From Planctomycetota bacterium (GTDB lineage: Bacteria; Planctomycetota; MHYJ01; WSZJ01): DNA of 64,000 nucleotides. Within the stretch, counting starts at the first letter, position 1; each line of letters starts with the position of its first letter. The stretch lies in assembly GCA_038060895.1 (NCBI GenBank), contig JBBTCT010000022.1:128001-192000 (forward strand), read 5' to 3'. The notes below the pieces were generated by a model, which was not told where the DNA came from, ran no database searches, and worked only from the letters and a program-made list of their open reading frames with translations. Shown here piece after piece: positions 9,284-18,555 of this stretch. Both the position numbers and the translations under genes were made by a program.

Positions 9284-12037
9284 ATGTCCGACGGCGCCAC
9301 GCCTTTCACGACCCGGCATTACTCCATGGAAGACCTCGACGCGCCCCAGAAGCCGCAGAACGGCAACGGGAACGGCGGCGACATTCACTCCTACCGGATC
9401 GACACGGACCCCGCGGAGACCGAGGACTGGAAGGACTCGCTGGACGCGGTCGTCGAACACCATGGGGTTGAGCGCGCTTACTTCCTGCTCAACACGATGC
9501 TCAAGCGGGCGCAGGTCAACAAGGTGCGGCTGCCGGCGCTGGTGCAGACGCCGTACATCAACACGATTTCGACCGAGCTGGAGCCGCCTTATCCGGGCGA
9601 CGAGGAAATGGAACGGCGGATCCGCCGCATCATCCGATGGAATGCGATGGCGATGGTCGTGCGCGCGAACTCCGCATTCCCCGGCATCGGCGGGCACCTC
9701 GCGACCTACGCCTCCGCCGCCAACCTGTACGAAGTCGGCTTCAACCATTTCTTCAAGGGCAAGAACGGCGACGCCTCCGGCGACCAGATTTTCTTCCAGG
9801 GCCACTCGTCGCCCGGAATCTACGCCCGCGCGTTCCTCGAGGGACGCATCCCGCTTGAAAAAATGGAGCGCTTCCGCCGCGAAGTCGAACGCGGCAAGGG
9901 CCTTTCGAGCTACCCTCATCCGTGGCTGATGCCTGATTTCTGGGAGTTCCCGACCGTCAGCATGGGCCTCGGCCCCATGGCCGCGATCTACCAGGCCCGC
10001 TTCAACAGATACCTCCGCGACCGCGGCATCAGGAAGACCGACGAGTCGCGCGTCTGGGCGTTCCTCGGCGACGGGGAATGCGATGAGCCGGAAGCGCTCG
10101 GCGCGCTGTCGCTGGCGTCGCGCGAGGGGCTGGACAACCTGACGTTCATCGTGAACTGCAACCTGCAGCGGCTTGACGGGCCGGTGCGCGGGAACGGCAA
10201 GGTCATCCAGGAGCTCGAAGCGATTTTCCACGGCTCCGGCTGGAACGTCATAAAGGTCATCTGGGGCCGCCGCTGGGACCCGCTGCTTGCACAGGACACC
10301 GACGGCGTGCTCGTGCGCCGCATGGGCGAAGTCGTCGACGGCGAATTCCAGCGCTACCAGATGGAAGGCGGCACGTACACGCGCCAGCACTTCTTCGGGA
10401 CCGACCCGCGCCTCCTCAAGATGGTCGAGCACCTCACCGACGACCAGATCGCGCGCCTCCGCCGCGGCGGGCACGACCAGAAGAAAAACCACGCCGCGTT
10501 CAAGGCGGCCGTCGAGCACAAGGGGCAGCCGACCGTCATCCTCGCGCATACCGTCAAGGGCTGGACCCTCGGCGGCAAGATCGAGTCGAAGAACGTCGCG
10601 CACAACCAGAAGAAGATGGAAGAAGAAGAGCTGAGAAAGTTCCGGGACGCGCTTCAGCTTCCGATCGCCGATGCGAAGCTGGCGGAAGCGCCGTTCTACC
10701 ACCCCGGGGAAGACTCGCCGGAAGTGAAGTATCTGCGCGCCCGCCGGGAGGCGCTGGGCGGCTATGTGCCGCGGCGCATCGTGCGCAAGAAGTCCCTGGC
10801 GCCGCCGCCGCTGGAGAAGTTCGACTACTTCTTCAAGGGCACGAAAGAAGCGGTCTCGACGACGGGAGCGTTCGTGCGGATCCTGGCGGACCTGTGCAAG
10901 GACCCGCAGATTGGCAAGCGGATCGTGCCGACGATTCCCGACGAGGCCCGGACGTTCGGGATGGAGGCGCTTTTCAAGACGCTGGGCATCTACTCCTCGG
11001 TCGGGCAGCTCTACGAGCCGGTCGATTCGAAGATGCTGCTGTCGTACCGCGAGGCGAAGGACGGGCAGGTGCTGGAAGAAGGCATCACCGAAGCGGGCGC
11101 GATGTCGTCGTTCATGGCGGCCGCGACGTCGTATGCGACCCACGGCGAGCCGATGATCCCGTTCTACATCTTTTACTCGATGTTCGGTTTCCAGCGCATC
11201 GGCGACCAGGCCTGGGCCGTCGGCGACGCGCGCGGCCGCGGATTCCTCATGGGCGCGACCTCGGGCCGGACGACGCTCAACGGCGAAGGTCTCCAGCACG
11301 AGGACGGGCACTCGCTCCTGCTGGCCTCCACCCACCCGACCTGCCGCGCCTACGATCCCGCATTTGCGTTCGAAATCGCGATCATCGTCCACGACGGCCT
11401 GAAGCGGATGCTGCAGGAAAACGAGGACGGGTATTACTACATCACGATCCAGAACGAGAATTACGAGCAGCCCGCCATGCCCGCCGGCGTGCAGCAGGGC
11501 GTGCTCGACGGGCTCTACCTGTTCCGCAAGTCGTCGCTCGCCAAGGGCCCGAAGGTGCAGCTCTTCGGGAGCGGCTCGATCCTGATGGGCGTCTTGAAGG
11601 CGCAGGAGATGCTCGCCGAACAGGGGATTTCCGCCGACGTCTGGAGCGCGACGTCCTATCTGAACCTCCGGCGTGAGGCTCTCGAGACTGAGCGCTGGAA
11701 CATGCTCCACCCCGAATCCTCGCCGCGCGTGCCGCTCGTGCAGCGCATTCTCAAGGGCGCCGACGGCCCGATCATCGCTTCCTCCGACTACATGAAGGCC
11801 GTTCCCGACCAGATCGTCCGCTGGGTCCCGCAGATGCACACCCTCGGGACCGACGGCTTCGGCCGGAGCGACACGCGCTCCGCCCTTCGCCGCCATTTCG
11901 AAGTCGATGCCGAGTCGGTCGTCGTCGCGGCGCTGTGGCAGCTGGCGAAACGCGGCCAGATGAAGCCCGCGGACGTGACGAAGGCGATCAAGCAGTACGG
12001 GTTTGACCCCGAGAAACCGGATCCTCGTACACTCTAG
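9284..12037 (+). CDS. aceE: Pyruvate dehydrogenase E1, homodimeric type
   Basis: RWNAMAMV, GGHLATYAS, SSYPHPWLMPDFWEFPTVSMGLGP, GDGECDEPE, NCNLQRLDGPV, PDEARTFG, EGLQHEDG, LGTDGFGRSD. Confidence 0.96.
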   Translation: MSDGATPFTTRHYSMEDLDAPQKPQNGNGNGGDIHSYRIDTDPAETEDWKDSLDAVVEHHGVERAYFLLNTMLKRAQVNKVRLPALVQTPYINTISTELEPPYPGDEEMERRIRRIIRWNAMAMVVRANSAFPGIGGHLATYASAANLYEVGFNHFFKGKNGDASGDQIFFQGHSSPGIYARAFLEGRIPLEKMERFRREVERGKGLSSYPHPWLMPDFWEFPTVSMGLGPMAAIYQARFNRYLRDRGIRKTDESRVWAFLGDGECDEPEALGALSLASREGLDNLTFIVNCNLQRLDGPVRGNGKVIQELEAIFHGSGWNVIKVIWGRRWDPLLAQDTDGVLVRRMGEVVDGEFQRYQMEGGTYTRQHFFGTDPRLLKMVEHLTDDQIARLRRGGHDQKKNHAAFKAAVEHKGQPTVILAHTVKGWTLGGKIESKNVAHNQKKMEEEELRKFRDALQLPIADAKLAEAPFYHPGEDSPEVKYLRARREALGGYVPRRIVRKKSLAPPPLEKFDYFFKGTKEAVSTTGAFVRILADLCKDPQIGKRIVPTIPDEARTFGMEALFKTLGIYSSVGQLYEPVDSKMLLSYREAKDGQVLEEGITEAGAMSSFMAAATSYATHGEPMIPFYIFYSMFGFQRIGDQAWAVGDARGRGFLMGATSGRTTLNGEGLQHEDGHSLLLASTHPTCRAYDPAFAFEIAIIVHDGLKRMLQENEDGYYYITIQNENYEQPAMPAGVQQGVLDGLYLFRKSSLAKGPKVQLFGSGSILMGVLKAQEMLAEQGISADVWSATSYLNLRREALETERWNMLHPESSPRVPLVQRILKGADGPIIASSDYMKAVPDQIVRWVPQMHTLGTDGFGRSDTRSALRRHFEVDAESVVVAALWQLAKRGQMKPADVTKAIKQYGFDPEKPDPRTL

Positions 12038-12055
12038 GCGCTTTGGGAGCCCCGC

Positions 12056-12412
12056 ATGCTTCGCGAAGAAAACCTGCTCTTCGCCCTTTACGCCTATCGC
12101 ATCGGCCTGCTCTCGAAGGAGCAGTTCCTGGCGGTTTCGAAGACCCTCCGCGCCGACAACGACGTGGACCTCGGCAAGTCGCTCGTGAAGCGCCACGTGC
12201 TGGACGACACGCAGTCGAAGACTCTCTGGGATCTCGTCGGCGTCCAGCAGGCGATGCTCGGGGACGCCAAGAACGCCATGGGAAACGTCCCGATGGACGA
12301 CGAAATCCGCACGGCGCTTCATGCCGCGATCCTCGCCGGCGAAATTCCCGCCTCGAAGGCGGCGACGGACAAGGGGACGATCAACATCGACGCGCCGATC
12401 GAGGGAACGTAG
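12056..12412 (+). CDS. Small protein resembling the N-terminal domain of planctomycete Ser/Thr kinases (MshEN-like pattern)
   Basis: ENLLFALYAYRIGLLSKEQ...LGKSLVKRHVL; paralogue at 13191. Confidence 0.7.
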   Translation: MLREENLLFALYAYRIGLLSKEQFLAVSKTLRADNDVDLGKSLVKRHVLDDTQSKTLWDLVGVQQAMLGDAKNAMGNVPMDDEIRTALHAAILAGEIPASKAATDKGTINIDAPIEGT

Positions 12413-12423
12413 GAGTCACGCCG

Positions 12424-13140
12424 ATGTCCATCGAGTTCACGAAAAACCACCAGGACCTCTCGACGGAGAAGGGGTTCCAGTTCAAGTTCTTTTGCGACAA
12501 GTGCGGCAACGGTTTTCTCTCCGAGTACGTCACGAACAAGCTTGGCGTTGCGGGGAGCCTTCTGAATGCGGCCGGCTCCTTCTTCGGCGGCGTCTTCAAC
12601 CAGGCCGGCAATTCTGCCCACCAGATCCAGAAGGCCGTCGGCGGCAAGCAGCACGACGAGGCGATCCGCGCTGCCGTCGCCGAGATGAAGCCGAAGTTCC
12701 GGCATTGCACGCGGTGCGGCAAATGGGTCTGCCCGCAGGCGTGCTGGAACGAAAAGAAGAGCCTGTGCGAGGACTGCGCGCCCGACATCGGCGAGGAACT
12801 CGCAGCAGCACAGGCGCAGGTCGCAAAGGACCAGGTCTGGGACAAGGCGCGCAAGGCCGACATGGTGAAGGACGTCGACGTCGAGCGCGAGACGGTCGCG
12901 AAATGCGCATCCTGCGGCGCCCGTACAGGCACTTCGAAGTTCTGCCCCGAATGCGGCAAGCCCGTCGCGGTGAAAACGAAATGCGGCGGCTGCGGCGCCG
13001 AAATGGACGCCGCGGTCAAGTTCTGCCCCGAGTGCGGCATTCCGCGCGAGAACAAGGTCAAGTGCGGCAAATGCGGTGCGCTGATTAATACCGGGACGAA
13101 ATTCTGCCCGGAGTGCGGCGAAAAGGGCTCCGGCCAGTGA
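12424..13140 (+). CDS. Double zinc-ribbon (DZR) repeat protein
   Basis: GFQFKFFCDKCG N-terminus, CTRCGKWVC, three FCPECG repeats; RBS AGGAG. Confidence 0.88.
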   Translation: MSIEFTKNHQDLSTEKGFQFKFFCDKCGNGFLSEYVTNKLGVAGSLLNAAGSFFGGVFNQAGNSAHQIQKAVGGKQHDEAIRAAVAEMKPKFRHCTRCGKWVCPQACWNEKKSLCEDCAPDIGEELAAAQAQVAKDQVWDKARKADMVKDVDVERETVAKCASCGARTGTSKFCPECGKPVAVKTKCGGCGAEMDAAVKFCPECGIPRENKVKCGKCGALINTGTKFCPECGEKGSGQ

Positions 13141-13190
13141 CGCGTTTTCCGCTTGGATTGCCCCCTGCGCCAAGCCGACAATAATCCTGC

Positions 13191-13529
13191 ATGAAACGCC
13201 CCGAGAACCTGCTCTTCACCCTCTACGCGCATCGCGTCGGCATCCTCACGCGCGACCAGCTCCTCCTCATCTGCCAGTCGCTCCGGCACGGGAAGGACAT
13301 CGACATTGGCCAGTCGCTCGCCAAGCGCGGCCTGATGGACGACCGGCAGGCGGAGGCGATCTGGAACCTGGTGGCCTGCCAGGTGGACATCATCGGGACG
13401 GCCAAGAAGGCGCTCCAGACCGTCGAGGCCGGCGAGTTGATCCTGCAGGCGATATGGGCCGCGATCCAGCCGCAGCCGGCGGCGAAGAACCGGCCGGGCG
13501 ACGACCCCCCGACGATCCAGCTTGACTGA
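13191..13529 (+). CDS. Paralogue of 12056..12412 (kinase-N-terminus/MshEN-like)
   Basis: ENLLFTLYAHRVGILTRDQ...IGQSLAKRGLM...IWNLVACQ aligns with the 12056 protein. Confidence 0.7.
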   Translation: MKRPENLLFTLYAHRVGILTRDQLLLICQSLRHGKDIDIGQSLAKRGLMDDRQAEAIWNLVACQVDIIGTAKKALQTVEAGELILQAIWAAIQPQPAAKNRPGDDPPTIQLD

Positions 13530-13926
13530 GAACTCAAGCGTGCCCGAGGACCCGCGCTATCTGCACGGCATCGCGCTCTTCAATGCGCAGTATTTTTTCG
13601 ACGCGCACGACTCGTGGGAAGATCTCTGGGCCGACACGCGCGACGGGGACCGGCTCTTCTATCAGGCTCTGATCAACGCAACCGTCGCGCTCTACCACTG
13701 GCGTAACGACAACAAGAAGGGCGCGCGGCACGTCTACGGGTACTTCACGGAACGCGCGCCGCGCTACCCGGCGTGGCACCATAGCCTGAACCTGGGGAAG
13801 CTGCGCGAAGAGATGGCATCGCTGTTTGCGCGGCTGGAGACGGAGGCATTTGAAGCGGCGAAGGCACCGAAGCTGGAGACGGAAGGGCTGGAGATACCCG
13901 AGGCGAAACCGCACGAGGAGATGTGA
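13522..13926 (+). CDS. DUF309 family protein
   Basis: [21 protein letters not shown] and [12 protein letters not shown]. Confidence 0.85.
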   Translation: MTENSSVPEDPRYLHGIALFNAQYFFDAHDSWEDLWADTRDGDRLFYQALINATVALYHWRNDNKKGARHVYGYFTERAPRYPAWHHSLNLGKLREEMASLFARLETEAFEAAKAPKLETEGLEIPEAKPHEEM

Positions 13927-14489
13927 TGCTGAAGAGCGACCGGTGGATCCGTGAGATGGCGAAGGAAAAGGCGCTGATCGTGCCGTTTGTGGAGCGGCAG
14001 GTGTCGCGCGGGGTGGTGAGTTACGGGCTGTCGTCGTACGGGTACGACGTGCGCGTGGCCGACGAATTCCGGATCTTCACGAACGTCCACACGGCGGTCG
14101 TGGACCCGAAGGCGTTCGACGAGAAGAGCTTCGTCGAGGTGAGGGCGAAGGTGTGCACGATCCCGCCGAACTCGTTCGTGCTGGCGCGGACGGTCGAGTA
14201 TTTCCGGATCCCGAGAAATGTGCTGGCGCTGTGCGTCGGGAAGTCAACTTACGCGCGGTGCGGGATCATCGTGAACGTCACCCCCTTCGAACCCGGGTGG
14301 GAGGGATTCGCGACGCTGGAGGTGAGCAACACGACGCCTTTGCCGGCGCGGATTTATGCGGGGGAAGGAATCGCACAGGTGATATTCCTGGAGGCGGATG
14401 AGGAATGCGAGGTGAGTTATGCGGAGAGGAAGGGGAAATACCACAAGCAGAGGGGAGTGGTCGGGCCGCGGGTGAAGAGAACGACTTAA
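13926..14489 (+). CDS. dcd: dCTP deaminase
   Basis: [49 protein letters not shown]. Confidence 0.96.
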   Translation: MLKSDRWIREMAKEKALIVPFVERQVSRGVVSYGLSSYGYDVRVADEFRIFTNVHTAVVDPKAFDEKSFVEVRAKVCTIPPNSFVLARTVEYFRIPRNVLALCVGKSTYARCGIIVNVTPFEPGWEGFATLEVSNTTPLPARIYAGEGIAQVIFLEADEECEVSYAERKGKYHKQRGVVGPRVKRTT

Positions 14490-14505
14490 TTTTGAATATC
14501 AAATA

Positions 14506-14925
14506 TCAAATATCGAATATCAGATAGCCGATGAGGGCGGAGGTGGAGAGGAGCAGGACGGAGGCGATGATCTTGAGTCCCTGGCGCAGGCGCGTGGATC
14601 CGATGATGGCGTGGCCGAGCTTCAGGACTTCTTCCGACAGTCCGAGTGGTTCCCGAACCAGATCCTCGGGTAGCAGGCCCGAGTCCTTGGCCAGCCGAAG
14701 CCAGTAGCCGGTCTCGTGGGCTTCCTTAGTCGCGATCCCGATCTTGTGGACGAAGTCTCGCGGGCTCTCCGCGGCCTGCGACTCCTCGACATTGGCGCCG
14801 CAGCCTGTGCCCGACCGGAAGAGCTGGTTCCGCAGGAGATCCAGCTTGTCGGCCTGAGGCCCGGTGCAGAGCTTTACGACCAGGACCGAGAGCGTGTAGC
14901 TCTTCTCGAGTATGGGATTCGGCAC
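14506..14925 (-). CDS. Four helix bundle protein (23S rRNA IVP / Avd-like family)
   Basis: LRNQLFRSGTGCGANVEESQAAESPRDFVHKIGIATKEAHETGYWLRL family signature; GGAGG RBS. Confidence 0.9.
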   Translation of the reverse strand: MPNPILEKSYTLSVLVVKLCTGPQADKLDLLRNQLFRSGTGCGANVEESQAAESPRDFVHKIGIATKEAHETGYWLRLAKDSGLLPEDLVREPLGLSEEVLKLGHAIIGSTRLRQGLKIIASVLLLSTSALIGYLIFDI

Positions 14926-14958
14926 GCTTCAACCTCCATTCATTATTATGTATTAGAT

Positions 14959-14988
14959 ATTATATATTCATAATTATGTCTTTGTCAA
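14959..14988 (-). promoter_or_regulatory. Consensus sigma70 promoter for the four-helix-bundle gene
   Basis: TTGACA (14988-14983) - N18 - TATAAT (14964-14959). Confidence 0.7.
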
Positions 14989-14998
14989 CAGCTTTGCT

Positions 14999-15826
14999 TC
15001 ATATTTCCACCACCCCCGCCTCTCCCTCCATCGCCCCGATCACCGCCAGCCCCTTCGGCGCCGCATTCCTCGCCAGTGCCACAAACTTGTCCACCTCGTC
15101 ATCCGTCCGGTCCGGCGCATGATGGAACAGCGCCAGCTTCTTCGTCCCGGCTTGCTCCGCCACCGACAGCGCATGCTCCCACGACGCATGTCCCCACTTC
15201 TCGTGCCCTCTCCAGTCCTCCGGCCCGAACGTCGTATCGTGGATCAGCAGATCCGCTTCCTTCGCAAGGTCGATCGCCGCCTGCACGGGAACCCCGCCCG
15301 GGTAGCCCACGTCGGTCATGTAGGCAACCGTCCCGCTCTTTCCCTCGACGCGGAAGCCGTACGACTCGATGCGGCCGTGGGGGAGGGAAGCGGCGGTGAC
15401 CTCGAAGTCGTGGATCTGGAACGGCTCTTCGCCCAGGCTGTGGAATTCGAGCTTGGCGGAGAGGTTCTTGAGGGAAAAGAGGGGCGAGTAGTCCGGGTTG
15501 AGCGACTCGTCGAGGACGTGGTCGACCTTTTTCCCGGCGCCGCGCGGGCCGTAGATGTCGATCTGCATTTTCGGGTTGAAGACCGGCGCGAAGAACGGGA
15601 AGCCCTGGATGTGGTCGATGTGGGTATGCGAGAGAAGGATCTGGAGCCTCTTGGCTCCCTGCCCCATCAGAGTCTTTCCGAGCTCGATGGCGCCGCTTCC
15701 CAGGTCCAGGATGATCCGCTTCTCCCCTTCCGTCAGCTCGACGCACGCGGTATTGCCGCCGTAGCGCACGAACTCTGCGCCCGCCGCGACGAAGGAACCG
15801 CGCACGCCCCAGAAGCGGATCTTCAT
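14999..15826 (-). CDS. MBL-fold metallo-hydrolase
   Basis: FWGVRGS, SHTHIDHIQG, YMTD, WGHAS, LFHHAPDR. Confidence 0.9.
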   Translation of the reverse strand: MKIRFWGVRGSFVAAGAEFVRYGGNTACVELTEGEKRIILDLGSGAIELGKTLMGQGAKRLQILLSHTHIDHIQGFPFFAPVFNPKMQIDIYGPRGAGKKVDHVLDESLNPDYSPLFSLKNLSAKLEFHSLGEEPFQIHDFEVTAASLPHGRIESYGFRVEGKSGTVAYMTDVGYPGGVPVQAAIDLAKEADLLIHDTTFGPEDWRGHEKWGHASWEHALSVAEQAGTKKLALFHHAPDRTDDEVDKFVALARNAAPKGLAVIGAMEGEAGVVEI

Positions 15827-16734
15827 TCGATCACCAGAATCTGGCCCTGGCGGGCCGCGTCGATCGCTACGCCGGTGTCCGCCGCGCGCTCGATGGTGTC
15901 GGCGAGCATGCGGTCCATTTCTTCGTCCGTGCGGGTGGGGGAATGGTGGAAGAGCACGAGCTTTTTCGCGCTCGCGTCGCGGACGATCTCGAGCGCCTGC
16001 CAGGGGGTCGAGTGGCCCCAGTGAGGGAACTTCTCGTACTCCTCGTCAGAGAAAGTCGTGTCGAAGATGACGACGTCGCATCCGTGGATCGCGCCGACGA
16101 GGTCGCGGCGCATTTTCTCGAGGATTCGTTTGTCGCCGGTCGCGAGGCGCTTCGGAGTACCTTTCGCGAAACTGTGTTTGTAGCGGATGCGATCGAACGG
16201 GGAAGTGTCGGTGATGTAGGCGACGGATCTCTTGCCGTGGTCGATGCGGAAGCCGGTTGAAGTCCCGGGGTGGTTGAGCGCGATCGGCAGGACCCTCACG
16301 CCGCCGATGTCGAGATCTTCCTTCGGGTTCACCGGCAGGAACTTGAAGTTCGCGGGGAGTTCCTTGAACACAATCGGGAAGACCGCGTCTCCTGCGACGC
16401 CCGCGATCGCCTCGTTCAGGCGGGTGCCGCGGCCGCTTCGCGCGTAAATATTCAGCCGGTTTCCGCGCACGAAGACGGGGTCGAAGAAGGGCAGGCCCTG
16501 GATGTGGTCCCAGTGAAGGTGCGTGAGGAGCAGGTTGACGGTGCCATTCCCCTGCCCGAGCGGGCCTTTCTGGAGATGCCGCCCGAGCGCGCGCATGCCG
16601 GTTCCGGCGTCGAGAATGATCGGCGCGCGGCCGGGCACATCGACCTGCACGCAGGAAGTGTGTCCGCCGTACCGGACCGTTGAGGTTCCGGGCGTCGGGT
16701 ACGAGCCCCGGACGCCCCAGAACGTGATGCGCAT
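15823..16734 (-). CDS. MBL-fold metallo-hydrolase (tandem paralogue)
   Basis: FWGVRGS, THLHWDHIQG, LNHPG, WGHST, LFHHSPTR. Confidence 0.9.
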   Translation of the reverse strand: MRITFWGVRGSYPTPGTSTVRYGGHTSCVQVDVPGRAPIILDAGTGMRALGRHLQKGPLGQGNGTVNLLLTHLHWDHIQGLPFFDPVFVRGNRLNIYARSGRGTRLNEAIAGVAGDAVFPIVFKELPANFKFLPVNPKEDLDIGGVRVLPIALNHPGTSTGFRIDHGKRSVAYITDTSPFDRIRYKHSFAKGTPKRLATGDKRILEKMRRDLVGAIHGCDVVIFDTTFSDEEYEKFPHWGHSTPWQALEIVRDASAKKLVLFHHSPTRTDEEMDRMLADTIERAADTGVAIDAARQGQILVIE

Positions 16735-16808
16735 TCCCGCTCTCCCTTGGGGGGGCGGGAAGGATACCAAGGCCCATGTAGGGGAGGAAATGTTGTGAGA
16801 GGGCAGAT

Positions 16809-16987
16809 GGTGGTGAGCAGGAGGTAGTGGGTAGGGGGTAGGAGGTAGGCACCACCTTGGGCGGCGATCCCCATCGGCAGACGCCCGATCCTGGAACTGC
16901 TTTCGATCGAGATTGCCGATGCTTCGAGGTGCTTGGCTGTTCCTACCTCCTACCTCCTACCTCCTACCACTACCCCCTACCTCCTGC
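16809..16987. repeat. Heptamer-periodic inverted-repeat element (GGTAGGA family)
   Basis: GCAGGAGGTAGTGGGTAGGGGGTAGGAGGTAGG ... (CCTACCT)n CCTGC. Confidence 0.75.
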
Positions 16988-17034
16988 GCTCTTTCCAGTA
17001 GACGCACCCAAGCCACATCAGCCATCCTTCGCGC

Positions 17035-17436
17035 ATGCCCGTCCGCGTCACCAAGCAACTCGAGTTCGCCGCTTCTCACACGTACTCCGTGCCGGGGGCG
17101 TCGGCCGCTGAAAACGAGAAACTGTTCGGGCCCTGCGTCCGCCACCACGGGCACAACTACATGCTGCACGTGACGGTCGAAGGAGAAACGGACCCGCGGA
17201 CAGGAATGGTCGTGAACGTCACCGATCTCAAGAAGGCGATGCAGGACGCGGTCGCCGAGCTGGACCACCGCAACCTGAACCGCGACGTCGCGCACTTTCA
17301 GGCCCGCAATCCCACGACCGAGAACATCGCGCTCTACATTTTCGAGAAGCTCCGTTCCCGCGTGGCGCCGGCGCGGCTCCGGACCGTGCGCCTCCACGAG
17401 GACGAGACCCTTTTCGTGGAGGTGGACGATGCCTAG
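17035..17436 (+). CDS. 6-pyruvoyl-tetrahydropterin synthase / QueD family (CxxxHGH type)
   Basis: FAASH, CVRHHGHNY, TGMV, LDHRNLN, PTTENIA, LHE. Confidence 0.9.
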   Translation: MPVRVTKQLEFAASHTYSVPGASAAENEKLFGPCVRHHGHNYMLHVTVEGETDPRTGMVVNVTDLKKAMQDAVAELDHRNLNRDVAHFQARNPTTENIALYIFEKLRSRVAPARLRTVRLHEDETLFVEVDDA

Positions 17437-17833
17437 GGTTTCTCTCGTCCGGCGTTACGCTTTCTCAAGCGCGCACCGGCTTCATTCCGCAGAGATGTCG
17501 GCGGAAGAGAACAAGCGTCTCTACGGAAAGTGCAACAACCCGCAGGGACACGGGCACAACTACGCGATCGAGGTCGCGGTCACCGGCCCCGTCGATGCCC
17601 GCACGGGCTTCTGCTGCGACCTCAACGCCGTCGATGCCGCCGTCCGCCGTTCCATCCTGGACCGCTTCGACCACCAGGATCTCAACGCTCTTCCGGAATT
17701 CGCCCGCGTCGTGCCGACCGGCGAGAACATCGCGCGGGTGGTGTGGGACAAGCTGAAAGCGGAAGGACTTCCTCTGGCGTCCGTGCGGCTGCAGGAGACG
17801 CGCGACAACTTCTTCGAGTACCGGGGAGACTGA
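17429..17833 (+). CDS. 6-pyruvoyl-tetrahydropterin synthase (CxxxxxHGH, PTPS-II-like)
   Basis: [35 protein letters not shown]. Confidence 0.9.
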   Translation: MPRVSLVRRYAFSSAHRLHSAEMSAEENKRLYGKCNNPQGHGHNYAIEVAVTGPVDARTGFCCDLNAVDAAVRRSILDRFDHQDLNALPEFARVVPTGENIARVVWDKLKAEGLPLASVRLQETRDNFFEYRGD

Positions 17834-18432
17834 TGAAACGCGGAGAGAAACTGACGGAAGCGCAGAAGGACGAGCTCCAGAAATCGGTGCAGCGGGTCAT
17901 CGAGATCATGGGAGATGATCCGAAGCGCGACGGGCTGAAGAAGACGCCGAAGCGGGTGGCGGAGGCGTGGGAGTTCCTGACGAAGGGATACGGGCAGGAT
18001 CCGAAGGTCATCCTGAACAGCGCGCTCTTCGACAGCGACTCGGACGACATGGTGATCGTGAAGGACATCGACTTCTACTCGATGTGCGAGCACCACATGC
18101 TGCCGTTCTTCGGGCGGGTGCACATCGCGTACCTTCCGGCGGGGAAGATCATCGGGCTGTCGAAGCTTCCGCGGCTCGTGGACATTTTCGCGCGGCGGCT
18201 GCAGGTGCAGGAGAGGATGACGACGGAGATTGCGAAGACGGTGCAGGACCTGCTGACGGCGAGGGGCGTGGGCGTGGTCATCGAGGCGCAGCACCTGTGC
18301 ATGATGATGCGCGGGGTGGAGAAGCAGAATTCGTATGCGCTGACGAGCGCGATGATGGGGCGGTTCAGGAAGGATGGGAGGACGCGGGGGGAGTTTCTGG
18401 ATTTGATTCGGCATGGGCGGATATCGGTGTAA
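17833..18432 (+). CDS. folE: GTP cyclohydrolase I
   Basis: [40 protein letters not shown]. Confidence 0.97.
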   Translation: MKRGEKLTEAQKDELQKSVQRVIEIMGDDPKRDGLKKTPKRVAEAWEFLTKGYGQDPKVILNSALFDSDSDDMVIVKDIDFYSMCEHHMLPFFGRVHIAYLPAGKIIGLSKLPRLVDIFARRLQVQERMTTEIAKTVQDLLTARGVGVVIEAQHLCMMMRGVEKQNSYALTSAMMGRFRKDGRTRGEFLDLIRHGRISV

Positions 18433-18535
18433 AGAACGACCTAATTTTGAATATCGAATATCGAATATCCAATATCGAATGAACGTCCATTGGAAATTGG
18501 ATATCAGATATTCGATATTTCTATATTAGTCCGTT
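18433..18535. repeat. Heptamer-periodic inverted-repeat element (AATATCG family), gene-less counterpart of 14478..14988
   Basis: AGAACGACCTAATTTTG(AATATCN)4 ... TCCATTGGAAATTGGATATCAGATATTCGATATT...TTAGTCCGTT. Confidence 0.8.
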
Positions 18536-18555
18536 GCCGTAACCTCACCCCCCAC

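Larger units (their letters stand above)
14478..14988. mobile_element. Putative cassette: four-helix-bundle gene bracketed by inverted AATATCR heptamer arrays
   Basis: Left arm AGAACGACTTAATTTTG(AATATCR)4; degenerate right arm TCCATT...AGATATTATATATT; left arm nearly identical to 18433. Confidence 0.5.

Noticed and set aside
9236-12322. 1028-aa minus-strand ORF, and similar long antisense ORFs at 23262..25949, 28276..30009, 44805..46985, 49390..51360 and 59153..60823
   Set aside because: Shadow ORFs opposite well-supported genes; expected in high-GC DNA and lacking recognisable motifs
16809-16987. Tandem repeats considered as a CRISPR array
   Set aside because: Units are 7-9 nt with no unique spacers, and there are no cas genes in the window
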